Assembly: GCF_009914755.1 (NCBI RefSeq)
Contig: NC_060927.1
Source of the DNA: the human T2T-CHM13v2.0 reference genome, Homo sapiens
Strand: one strand, 5' to 3'
Length of the DNA stretch: 64,000 nt
The notes under the pieces are model-generated. The model saw only the letters and a program-made list of their open reading frames with translations, was not told the origin of the DNA and searched no databases. This document shows, in pieces, positions 25,983 to 42,189 of this stretch. Position 1 is the first letter of the stretch. Every line of letters begins with the position of its first letter. The position numbers and the translations under genes were made by a program.

Positions 25983-28200
25983 ATTCTTTTTTAAATTTCA
26001 ACTTTTATTATATATTAAAGGGTACATGTCATGCAGGTTTGTTACATGGGTAAATTGTGTGACACTGAGGCTTGGGATCCCAACAATCCCATCACCCATG
26101 ACATAAGCATAGTGCGCATCTGGTGGTTACTCAGCCCGTGCCCCACTCCCTGCCTCCCCTGTCTAGTGATCCCCAGTGTCTATCGTTCCCCTCTTTACAC
26201 TCATGTGTACTTAATGTTTGTCTCCCACTCATAAGTGAGAGCCAACATGCAGTATTTGGTATTCTGTTCCTGTGTAAGGTCACTTAAGATAATGGCCTCC
26301 AGTTCCACCCACATTGCTGCTAAAGGCATGATTTCATTTTTTGATGCCTGCATAGTATTCCATGGTGTATATGTATGATATTTTCTTTATCCAATCCACT
26401 GTTGACAGGCATTTACATTGATTTCATGTCCTTGTGGTTGTGAATAGAACTGTAATGAACATACAGGTGCATGTGTCTTTATAATTGAATGAATTATTTT
26501 CCTTTGGGTTTATACTCAGTATATACTCAGTAGTAGGAGTATTAGTTGAAATGTCTTTGGATTAATTTATTTAAATGAGTCCATCTCAACTTTAGTTCTA
26601 TTTTAAGTTATTTGAGAAATCTCCAAACTGTGTTCCACAGGGGCTAAACTAGTTTACATTTCCTCCAACAGAATATAACTATTCCCTTTTCTCCTCAGTT
26701 TCACCAACATCTGTCGTTTTTTGTCTTTTGAATAATAGCCATTCTTACTGGTGTGAGATGGTATCTTATTGTGGTTTTGATTTGCATTTCTCTGATAATT
26801 AATGATGTTGAGCATTTTTTCATATGTTTGTGCCCACTTGTATGTCTTCTTTTGAAAAGTGCCTCTTCATGTCCTTTGCCCATTTTTTAATCAAATTGTT
26901 GGTTTTTTGCTTGTTGATTTGTTCAAATTACTTGTAGATTCGGGATATTAGACCTTAGTCAGATGAGATGCATAGTATGCAAGCATTTTCTCCCATTCTG
27001 TAGATTGATAACTCTGTTGGTAATTTATTTTGCTGTGCAGAAGCTCTTTAAATTAATTATGTCTCACTTGATAATTTTTGTTTTTGTTGCAATTAATTTT
27101 GGAGACTTAGCCATAAATTCTTGGCCACGGTCTTTGTTCAGAAGGGTATTTCTAGGTTTTCTTCTAGGATTTTTAGAGTTTGAGGCCTTACTTTTAAATC
27201 TATTATTCACCTTTAGTTAATTTACAAATATGGTGAGAGGTCTAGATTCATTATTCTACATATGGATAGCTAGTTATCCCAACACCATTTATTGAATACA
27301 GAGTTCTTTCCCTGATCCATTGCATATTTTTGTTGATTTTGCTGAATATCATAGGGTTGTAGATGAGCAGATTTATTTCTGGTTTCTCTCTTCTGTTGCA
27401 CTGAGCTATGTGTCTGTTTTTATACAAGTACCATGCTGTTTTGATTACTGTAGCCTTAGAGTATAGTTTAAAGTCAGACAGTGTGAAGCCTCTGATTTTG
27501 TACTTTTTGCTTAGAATACTTTTGCTGCGTGGGCTCAGTTTTGGTTCCAAATAAATTTTAAAATATATGTTTGTAATTCTGTAAAACATGACATTGATAT
27601 TTTGATAGGAATAATGTTGAATCTATAATTGCTTTTGGAAGTATAACCATTTTATCCATATTGATTCTTTCAATCCATGAGCATAGAATATTTTTCCATT
27701 TGTTTTGTCATCTCTAATTTTTTTCAGCAGTGCTTTGTAGATTTCCTTGTAGAAATATTCCCTTCCTTGTGTAGATTGATTTCCAGGTATTTCATTTTCT
27801 TTGTGGCTATTATAAATAATATTGTGTTCTTAATTTGGTGCTCAGCTAGAACATGATTGGTATGTAAACATGCCTTAGTTCAGAGGTGTGGGTGGGGGAT
27901 GTCAGGGGCATTCTCCCATTCTCTCACTTGTCCAGGTCTCTATGGAGAGTGTGAATCCTCGAAGGGGCTCTCATGAACTCACCCTTTCCCTGTGTTAGGG
28001 AGCATCTTCTGCCTTCACTTTTTTCCCAGATGAGCTGCTGCCCAGCTTTGCTCCTATGCTATTTGTGTGCTCTTACTGCCTTGATGAATTTGACATGATT
28101 GCTTAAATAATTGGCTTGCAGAGTCAGTGCTCACTGGCCATTTTGTTTTGTCTCTATGAAAGTGGCATACATGAGTTGCTTCTAGTCTGCCATTTTGACC
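25983..28200 (-). mobile_element. L1PA16-like element: 3' ~1.9 kb joined at about 27874 to ~330 bp of 5' UTR
   Basis: 3' UTR 'tttcaacttttatt...gtttgttacatgggtaaattgtgtgacactgaggcttggg'; ORF2 C-terminal peptides (26701-26883, 27251-27589); 5' terminus 'tgcttctagtctgccattttg'. Confidence 0.85.
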
Positions 28201-28493
28201 CAACCTCATCCAATTGTTTTCTTAAGCTATTACAAAAAATAGAAAGAAGAAGAAAAGAAAAACAAAAATGTCAGAGAAAGCCTTCAGAAGATGGGCAAAG
28301 CTCCCTAATTGTACAGGTATATAGGTGTAGTTACCTCTTGATACTCTTGCGATCACTCTTGTGATCAAAACCACTGTACGACCCTGCACAAAAGAAAAGG
28401 TAAGCAAATCTTCTTTTATTCTTTTAGCACACTATATTTGAGTTTAATTTTATTAAGGATATATTAACCTATCTTGACTCATACCAAAATTGA

Positions 28494-28811
28494 CTATCAT
28501 TCCTCAATGTCATGGGGGATTTGTTCTAAGACCTCTTGTGGATGCCAAAATCTTCAGATATTCAAGTGTATGGTATAAAAATCAAGTAATTGCACAAGAC
28601 CTGTGTATATCCTCCTGTATATCTTAAATCATCTTTAGATTACTTATAATAGCTAATAAAATGTAAAAGCTATGCAAATAGTTGTTATACTGTACTGTTA
28701 GGAAATAATGACAAAAAAGTCTTTACATGTTCAGTGCAACTTTTTAAATGTTTTAAATAAAGTTTGGTTGAACCCATGGATGTGGAACCCACGGATATGG
28801 AGGGCCAAGCA
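28494..28811 (+). mobile_element. MER2 (Tigger-family non-autonomous DNA transposon)
   Basis: 'tttagattacttataatagctaataaaatgtaaaagctatgcaaatagttgttatactgta'; ends 'ggatgtggaacccacggatatggagggcc'. Confidence 0.9.
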
Positions 28812-28859
28812 TAAATTGATATCAGAAACTGAATATATAATAAATCATCTGAAGCGTCA

Positions 28860-29430
28860 ACATAATCAACAAAACAATACAGAATAAGAAAACTACAGCT
28901 AAGTATCCTTCATGAAAAATAGATGTAAAAATCCTTAATGATAAATTTCACTTAGATCCAACAGCATATAGAAAGATACTAACTTTCAATAGGTGGGAAT
29001 TCCTCTCACATGAAAAGTTGATTGGACATCAAAAATATCAACAGATAAAATCCATCATATTATTAAGAAAATAAAGAGAAAGATTTATGATAATATCAAC
29101 AGACAGAAAAAAAGCATTGAACTAAATATTCATTTAAGTGAAAAAACTTTCAGCATACTAGGAGAAGAAAGAAATTTCTCAATCTGAGGAAATATATGTA
29201 TAAAAGCCTACAGGTAACAACACCCTTGAGTATGAAAGACTGAGCCTTTCCCCTAAGATCAGGACCAAAGAAAGATATTGATCACTCACAGAAGTATATT
29301 TGACATTGTTTATATGTCCTGGTCAGTGTCATTCAGAAAAAAATTAAAAACCCACAGAATTAGAAATAAAGAAAGTAACATCATCTTTATCCATAAATGG
29401 CATGATTGTATCCATAGAAAATCCTAAAGG
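28860..29430 (+). mobile_element. Ancient L1M ORF2 (RT region) fragment
   Basis: 'agaaaactacagctaagtatccttcatga..atagatgtaaaaatcctt'; 'ggcatgattgtatccatagaaaatcctaaag'. Confidence 0.75.
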
Positions 29431-30714
29431 CTAAGGACTTGTAGAATGGAGGAGTAAGGAGCTTAGCAAAATGTCTCCCCAGAGGAATATCTACTCAATT
29501 GGTAAAAATAATAAATATAAACTCTCCAGAATTTTTTAAAGGAAATATGGCAAATGAAGAAACTTGTATTCATGAAAATAAACTAAATCTCAGAAGAATG
29601 TGAGTCAGGGGTACTTGAGCTACAACACATTCCTATGTACTAACCCCCACATATTCCTTTGCAGCCCAGTGTGATGGAAGCTTTATCTTAGGTGGGTGCA
29701 GCCAAGAAGACAGAGTTTCCTCTTTTTTGAGCTCACAATAAAGAGCTATGGTGTACCCTGTAAAGAATGACAGCTAGTACTTCTCAGTCCTCTCTCAGCT
29801 CTGAGATGTGGAATCTCTATTACAGACATGAGCAGGCAAAAGACTGGGGTTCCCTTCATCTACCCAACTTCCATTCATAGGGCAGGAACTATATACCAAG
29901 AAGAATGACAGTATGGGCTCTAACCATCTCCACTTCAAGTTGCTTGTAAGACAGAGTTTCCTCACTAAAGAAGCAAACCAAGACGAGGAGAGTGAGCCAG
30001 ACTGTAGAGTCTCTTTTACCCAGATTGTAGAGTCTTGTTAGCAGGGGAATCATGACACAAAGATTCTCCCAATGGAAAAAGCAGGAATTAAGAACATGGA
30101 GTTTCATGGCCCCATTTAAGAGTTCTGAATTTATTCAGCTTAGTGAAGTTTATGTCCTAAGCGCATTGCTAAAAACAGTGAAAATACACAGGTGAGAAAT
30201 TGAGAGGATACTAGTAGTTCCAATATATTAATAACAACAAGAAAAACGATAGACCAGCTAGAAATTTAACAAAGAAAACCAGGAGTGAGACAACCAAGAA
30301 GTAAAGTCTTGGTGGTGGTGAGAGAAAGCTTCAAACTGGCAACACCTTGTCTCTGAAAAAGGGTCTAATGGTTCCGTTCCAAGATGGCCAAATAGGAACA
30401 GCTCCAGTCTGCAGCTCCCAGTGTTATAGACGCAGAAGATGGGTGATTTCTGCATTTCCAACTGAGGTACCTGGTTCATCTCATTGGGACTGGTTGGACA
30501 GCAGGTGCAGCCCATGGAGGGTGAGCTGAAGCAGGGTGGGGAGTTGCCTCACCCAGGAAGGGCAAGGGGTCAGGGGATTTCCCTTTCCTAGCCAAGGGAA
30601 GCTGTGACAGACTGTACCTGTAAAAACGGGACACTCCTGCCCAAATACTGCAATTTTCCAACATCATAGCAACCGGCAGACAAGGAAATTCTCTCCCGTG
30701 CCTGGCTTGGTGGG

Positions 30715-30804
30715 TCATACCCCCACAGAGACTTGCTTACTGCTAGTGCAGCAATTGATCAAACTGTAAGGCAACAGCTTGGCTGGGGGAGGGGCGTCCA
30801 CCAT
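30715..30804 (-). pseudogene. Truncated L1 ORF0 (29 aa) in the antisense 5' UTR of L1PA6
   Basis: gcaATGG context; my translation MVDAPPPAKLLPYSLINCCTSSKQVSVGV* resembles the ORF0 N-terminus MAGAPPPASLPPCSLISDCCASNQRDSVGVG; premature TGA. Confidence 0.75.
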
Positions 30805-31403
30805 TGCTGAGGCTTGAGTAGGTAAACAAAGCAGCTGGGAAGATCAAACTGGGTGGAGCCCACTGCACCTCAGAAAGGCCTACTGCCTCTATAGACTCCA
30901 CCTCTGTGGGCAAGACATAGCTGAACAAAAGGCAGCAGATAACTTCTGCAGAATTTAACATCCCTGTCTGACAGCACTGAAGAGAGCAGTGGTTCTCCCA
31001 GCACGGCGTTTGAGCTCTGAGAATGAACAGACTGCATCCTCAAGTGGGTCCCTGACTCCCGTGTAGCTGAACTGGGAGACACTTCCCAGTAGGGGCTGAC
31101 AAACACCTCATACAGGTGAGTGCCCCTCTGGGATGAAACTTTCAGAGGAAGGATCAAGCAGCAATATTTGCTGTTATGCAATATTTGCTGTTCTGCAGCC
31201 TCTGCTGGTGATACCCAGCAAACAGGGTCTGGAGTGGACCTCTGGCAAACTCCAACAGACCTGCAGCTGAGGGACCTGACTGTTAGAAGGAAAACTAACA
31301 ATCAGAAAGGAATAGCATCAACATCAACAAAAAGGGCATCTACACCAAAACCCCATCTGTAGGTCACCAACATCAAAGATTAAAGGTAGATAAAACCACA
31401 AAG

Positions 31404-32426
31404 AAGGGGAGAAACCAGAGCAGAAAAGCTGAAAATTCTAAAAACCAGAGCACCTCTTCTCCTCCAAAGGATCACAGCTCTTCACCAGCAATGGAACAAA
31501 GCTGGGCAGAGAATGACCTTGACAAGTTCACAGAAGTAGGCTTCAGAAGGTCAGTAATAACAAACTTCTCCGAGCTAAAGGAGGATGTTTGAACCCATCG
31601 CAAGGAAACTAAAAACCTTGAGAAAAGGTTAGAGGAATGGCTAACTAGAATAAACAGTGTAGAGAAGATGTTAAATGACCTAAAGGAGCTGAAAACTGTG
31701 GCACAAGAACTTTGTGATGCAAGCCCAAGCTTCAATAGCTGATTTGATCAAGTGGAAGAAAGAGTATCAGGATTGAAGATCAAATGAATGAAATAAAGCG
31801 AGAAGACAAGGTTAGAGAAAAAAGAGTAAAAAGAAATAAACAAAGTCTCCAAGAAATATGGAACTGTATGAAAAGACCAAATCTATGTTTGATTGGTGTA
31901 CCTGAAAGTGACGAGGAGAATGGAATCAAGTTGGAAAACACTCTTTAGGATATTATCCAGAGAACTTCCCCAACCTAGCAAAGCAGGTCAACATTCAAAT
32001 TGTGGAAATACAGAGAACACCACAAAGATACTCCTGGAGAAGAGCAACCCCAAGACACATAATTGTCAGATTCACCAAGGTTGAAATGAAGGAAAAAATG
32101 TTAAGGGCAGCCAGAGAGAAAGGTCGGTTACCCAAAAAGGGCAGCCCATCAGACTAACAGAGGATCTCTCAGCAGAAACCCTACAAGCCAGAAGAGAGTG
32201 GGGGCCTATATTCAGCATTCTTAAAGAAAAGAATTTTCAACCCAGAATTTCATATCCAGCCAAACTAAGCTTCATAAGCAAAGGAGAAATAAAATCCTTT
32301 ACCGACAAGAAAATGCTGAGAGATTTTGTCACCACCAGGCCTGCCTTACAAGAGTTCCTGAAGGAAGCACTAAACATAGAAAGAAACAACTGGTACCAGC
32401 CACTGCAAAAACATGACAAATTGTAA
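31404..32426 (+). pseudogene. L1PA6 ORF1p remnant
   Basis: Start ATG mutated to AAG ('aagAAGgggagaaacc'); disrupted frame (no long ORF in the track); ends 'aaattgtaa'. Confidence 0.85.
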
Positions 32427-32457
32427 AGACCATCGATGCTATAAAGAAACTGCATCA

Positions 32458-36662
<4,205 letters not shown>

Positions 36663-37395
36663 ACAATGAGAACACTTGGACACAGGAAGGGGAACATCAC
36701 ACACCAGGGCCTGTGGTGGGGGTGGGAGATTGGGGGAGGGATTGCATTAGGAGAAATACCTAAGGTAAATGATGAGTTGATGGATGCAGCAAACCAACAT
36801 GGCACATGTATACATATGTAACAAACCTGCACATTGTGTACATGCACCCTAGAACTTAAAGTATAACAAAAAAATAAAAAGAAGAAAAGGGGTCTAACAT
36901 TAATTTAATCAGACTGTGTAGCAATTAATGCACAAGGCATTTTCAGAAACATGTATCAATTAGCTAGCAATTAGTGGAGGCTAACAGCTGAGTGTGATAC
37001 CAGTCAAGGTAGATTATGTAAAAACTTATTGGGGAGATCACGGAAAGGCAGTCAAAGAGAGCACGGCCACAACCACACTGATGCTGGTATTCAACAACAG
37101 TGTGTGTTGCCTGATGCTATACCATCTACAGAGAGACATCAGGCTGCACTCTGCAGAAAAAAAAAATCAACTTTATTGAAGTAGTTAAGCCAAATTATAA
37201 AGAAAAATAATAAGTATACATTATCAATGATAACAAGTCCTAGACTGGGGCTGGGGTTAAGTCTCCTCAATTTCTAAAATATATTGTGAAATGTCCAGTT
37301 TTCAACAATAACAGAAACAATCTCATGAGACATACGAGGCAAAAGAAAGTTTGACCCATTCACAGAAAAGCAAGTAGACAATAGAAACTGCCTTT

Positions 37396-37765
<370 letters not shown>

Positions 37766-38174
37766 CTAAAACTACCATGTTTAAAGACCTAGAGGAAAGT
37801 GTGATGACAATAACTTGTCAAATAAGTAATATCAATAAAATGATAGGTGGAGGGGGAAAGGACAAAAAGAAAATCCTGGAGTTGCAAAGTAAATTTATCA
37901 AAATTTATATAACAATAACAACCGCAAGGGAATGAAGCAGAAGTAGAAAAAAATTGAAAACCTAGGTTTAGAAAACCTTTGCCCAACCACTTTCGGTATA
38001 ATAGTCTGATGCATATTTGGAGCGGATGAACATATTTGAGGTACACAGAGTAGCTGCACTGCTATGTGGGCACATCTTTACATACAAGGGAAGGGAGGTG
38101 GATTTTTTTGTTTACTCATGCATACATGTATATGCATATTTGTTTGTTGTGTGTATAAAAAGATAGAAAAACAG

Positions 38175-38565
<391 letters not shown>

Positions 38566-41500
38566 CTAAATTTGTTAAAGATATTATATCAATATTAATT
38601 AATTTCCAAAAAAGTAAGCCTCATACCCAGAGGGTTTAACTGATGAATTCTACCAAATATTTAAGAAAGGAATGATACCAGTCCTCCACAACATTTTCTA
38701 CAAAACAGAAGTAGAAGGAAAATTTCCAAATAATTCGATGAGAGTGACATATCATACTGCCAAGATAAATAAAGATATTATAAGAAAAGAATGCTGAAAT
38801 CCAATATCTCCCATGAATTCTGATGCAAAATCCACAGCAAAATATTAGTAAATCTCATCTGAATATGTATATAAAGTATTATATACCACAAATATAAAAT
38901 TTACTCAACATATACAAGATGGTTGAACATTCAAAAGTCAATTAATGTAATCCACTACATTAATAGTCTAAAGAAAAAGCATATGGTCATATCAATTAAT
39001 TCAGGCAAAATTATTTGACAATATCTAACATCCATTCATGATAAGACTGTAAGCAAATCAGGATTTGAGGAAAAGTTCAACAACTTGATAAAGAACATCT
39101 ATGATAAACCTAGGGCTAATATATTTAATCATAAGAAACTCAACACTGTCTCATTGAGATCCAGAACAAGGTGAGAATTTCATTTCTCAACCTTACTTTT
39201 CACCATTGCAATGGAAGTCTGAGCTACTGTAATAAAAGAAGAAAAGGATATAAAAATATACAAATTTGGAAGGAGAAAATAAAATTGTCCCTGTTTGTCT
39301 GATGACATAATTATCTATGTAGAAAACCCCCCAAAATTGATGATAAAGCTTCTGGAAATAAAAGATGATAACACCAACATGTTAGTATGCAAAGATAATA
39401 TACAAGTATCAATTGCATCTTATATACAACCAGTGGAATCAAATTTTGAGAAAGTTGAAAAAACACTGCCATTTATAAGAGTAACTCCAAAAATGAAATT
39501 CTTAAGGATAGATTGCACAAAATATGTACAGAACCTATATTCAAAGAATTACAAAATTTTGATGAAAGAATTCAAATATGTAACTAGATATTCCATGATC
39601 ATAGATTGGAAGATTCAATACTGTTAAGATTACCATTCTTGCCCACTCGATCAATAGATTTAATGTAATCCCAATCAAAATACATCAAATTATTTTATAG
39701 ATATTGAAAAATTGATTCTAAAATGTATGCAGAAAAGCAAAAGACTAAGGATAGCCAAAATAATACTAAAGAATAACAGTATTGTAGGTCTCACACTATT
39801 TGACCTCCACACCTATTATAAGCCTAATCAATACAGATGGCATTCGTGAAGGATGGACACATAGATCACTTGATCAGAATAGAGATCCCAGAAATAAACC
39901 AACATAAATATAGTCAAGTGATCTTTAACAAAGGAACAAAAGCAATTCAACAGAGAAAGGATAGTTCTTTCAACGAATGATGCTGGAAAAAAATTGCTTA
40001 GCCATGCTGTATGCAAAAAACAAATCTAAACACAGACTTTATCCTTTTAATAAAATTCACTCAAAATAATTAATGGCCTCAATGTAAGATGCAAAATATA
40101 TTCTCCCAGAATATGTAGAAAATAGAGGACCTTAGTTTTGATAATGAGTTTTTTTATTCAGCATCAAAAACACAAGCCATTTTTAAAAGTTTGAAAGTTT
40201 GACTTTATTAAAAGTAAAACATTTCCTCGGCTAAACATACTGGAGTTGCAAAGTACATTTATCAAAATTTATATAACAATAACAACCATGAAGGAACGAA
40301 GCAGAAGTAGAAAAAAACATTGAAAACCTAGGTTTAGAAAACATCGGCCCAACCACTTTGGGTTAAGAGAATGAAAAGACAAGCTAATGACTTGGGAAAA
40401 ATGTTTGTAAAACACATCTTCCATAAATATATATAAAATATAAAAATAACTCATTAAACTCAACAGTAAGAAGATGATCCAATTTTTTAAATGGGCAGAC
40501 GATTTTAATGGTTGCAAAAAAATAATTTATGGCAAATGAGAATATGGAAAGACACAACAGTATTTGTCATTAGGTAGTTACAAACTGAAACAATGTGATA
40601 GCACTACACTACTATTGGAAGAACTGAAACAAATGTTTTAAAGCCTGAAAATTAAAAAAAAAAGTTTCTTAGAATGACAGGAACTCTTATTCATTGCTCA
40701 TAAAATAGTACAGCCAGTTTGGAAGACAGTTTCGAAGTTTCTCCTAAAGCTCAACTTAGTTTTACTAAAATGATCCATCTATAGCCCTCCTCGGTATTTA
40801 TCCCATTGAGTTGAAAACTTATGTCCACACAAACGTAAATGTGACTGTTCATGTTTATAGCAACATTATTTGTAATTGCCAATGGGTGGAATCAGCTAAG
40901 TTGTCTTTCAGTAAGTGAATGAATAAATAAATAATAGTCTATTCATATAATGAAATTTTATTCAGCAATAAAAACAAATGAGCTACCAAGCCATGAAAAA
41001 CATGGGTAAATCTTAAATGCACATTCTACCTAAAAAGAGCCAGCCAGAAAAGACAACATACCATATGATTCCAATTATGTTAAGTTATGGGAAATGCAAA
41101 AATGTAGACAGAATAAAAAGTCAGTAGTTGCCAGGGTGCTCAATAGGTGAAATACAGGGAAATTTAGGGTGCAAAACTACTCTATATAATATTGTAATAG
41201 TGGATGCATGACACTATGCATTTGTCAAAACCCATAGAACTTTACCACACAAAAAATAAAACTTCAGTTCTACAATAATTTAGGGAATTGAGGGATCCCA
41301 GGATGGAATGTAGACTGTGACATACCAATCTAAGGATAATACAAATACATAAAATAACCTCATTGAAGAGGTATAGAAAGTAGGGGAATGAGCTAACCTA
41401 AACAACTTTCAAAACTAGTGTAAAGGCTAAAAACTAAAGGGAAAGGAACTGTAAATAAGCACGCACTCTAGTTAATGAGATTATTCCCATAGGGAAACAA

Positions 41501-41925
41501 TCCTTGTACTCATGCATTTGCATTGCAATTGAACAAATAAGTAAATGTATGGGAAATAGAATAAACCATATTTGCACTGTTAAAGTGGGAATTTATAGAC
41601 AAGTAAGTGGAGGAGATTAGAATGATCAAGTGGTAATTGATTGTACTTGTAGCCATCAGTATGAACTTATTTTTAGATTAATATAGATGATAGAAACATT
41701 CACAGGTATGTATACACACATTATTATACACACATATATTTTCTTGTTTTATCAGTTGAGATCAATGGCTTATTCTAAGCTTAAGAAATATAGACAATGA
41801 GACTGGAGCATCTTATTGAGCTAGGATAAAGAGACCAATAGTAAATAAATAAACCCTACCTTTACGTGGCATGCAAAAGACACATCTGCCAATAGAAAGA
41901 TATCCTGATGGCCAAAAGGTGGAAC

Positions 41926-42189
41926 TAATAGTGACAGGAGACAGATAAATTCCCAGGCAGAAAGGGATTAAAAAAGGCACTAGGTGCCACTCCCTCTCGC
42001 TAGCAGAGCTATGGGTGGTAGGAGTAAAAAAGCTGTAACCCTCCCTCCCACTTGCTGAACAGGAGAGAAGAAGCCACTGAGTGCCACTCCCTCACCTAGT
42101 TGAGCTAAGGGAGTAAAGAAGTGAAGTCTCTGCCTCCAGGGGCCACTCCCTCCTGCTCCTCAAACTACAGGAACAAAAAGGCTGCAACA
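41926..42189 (+). mobile_element. Short, internally deleted ERV1 (MER4-group; MER50/61/83-like) solo LTR
   Basis: Starts taatagtgacaggagacagataaattcccaggcaga, ends gctgcaaca; 4-bp TSD gaac/gaac; removing it rejoins the L1MC3 3' UTR (ggaac|catttgagaaacaaaataa). Confidence 0.75.

Noticed and set aside
28390-28405. Strong donor AAG|GTAAGC just outside the L1PA16 5' end, as an antisense-promoter exon
   Set aside because: Antisense promoter activity is established for younger L1PA 5' UTRs, not this older truncated one; a lone donor motif is common by chance.
41986-42152. CRISPR-like spaced repeats (gccactccctc x3)
   Set aside because: Only 11 bp, irregular spacing, inside an LTR, primate context, no cas genes.
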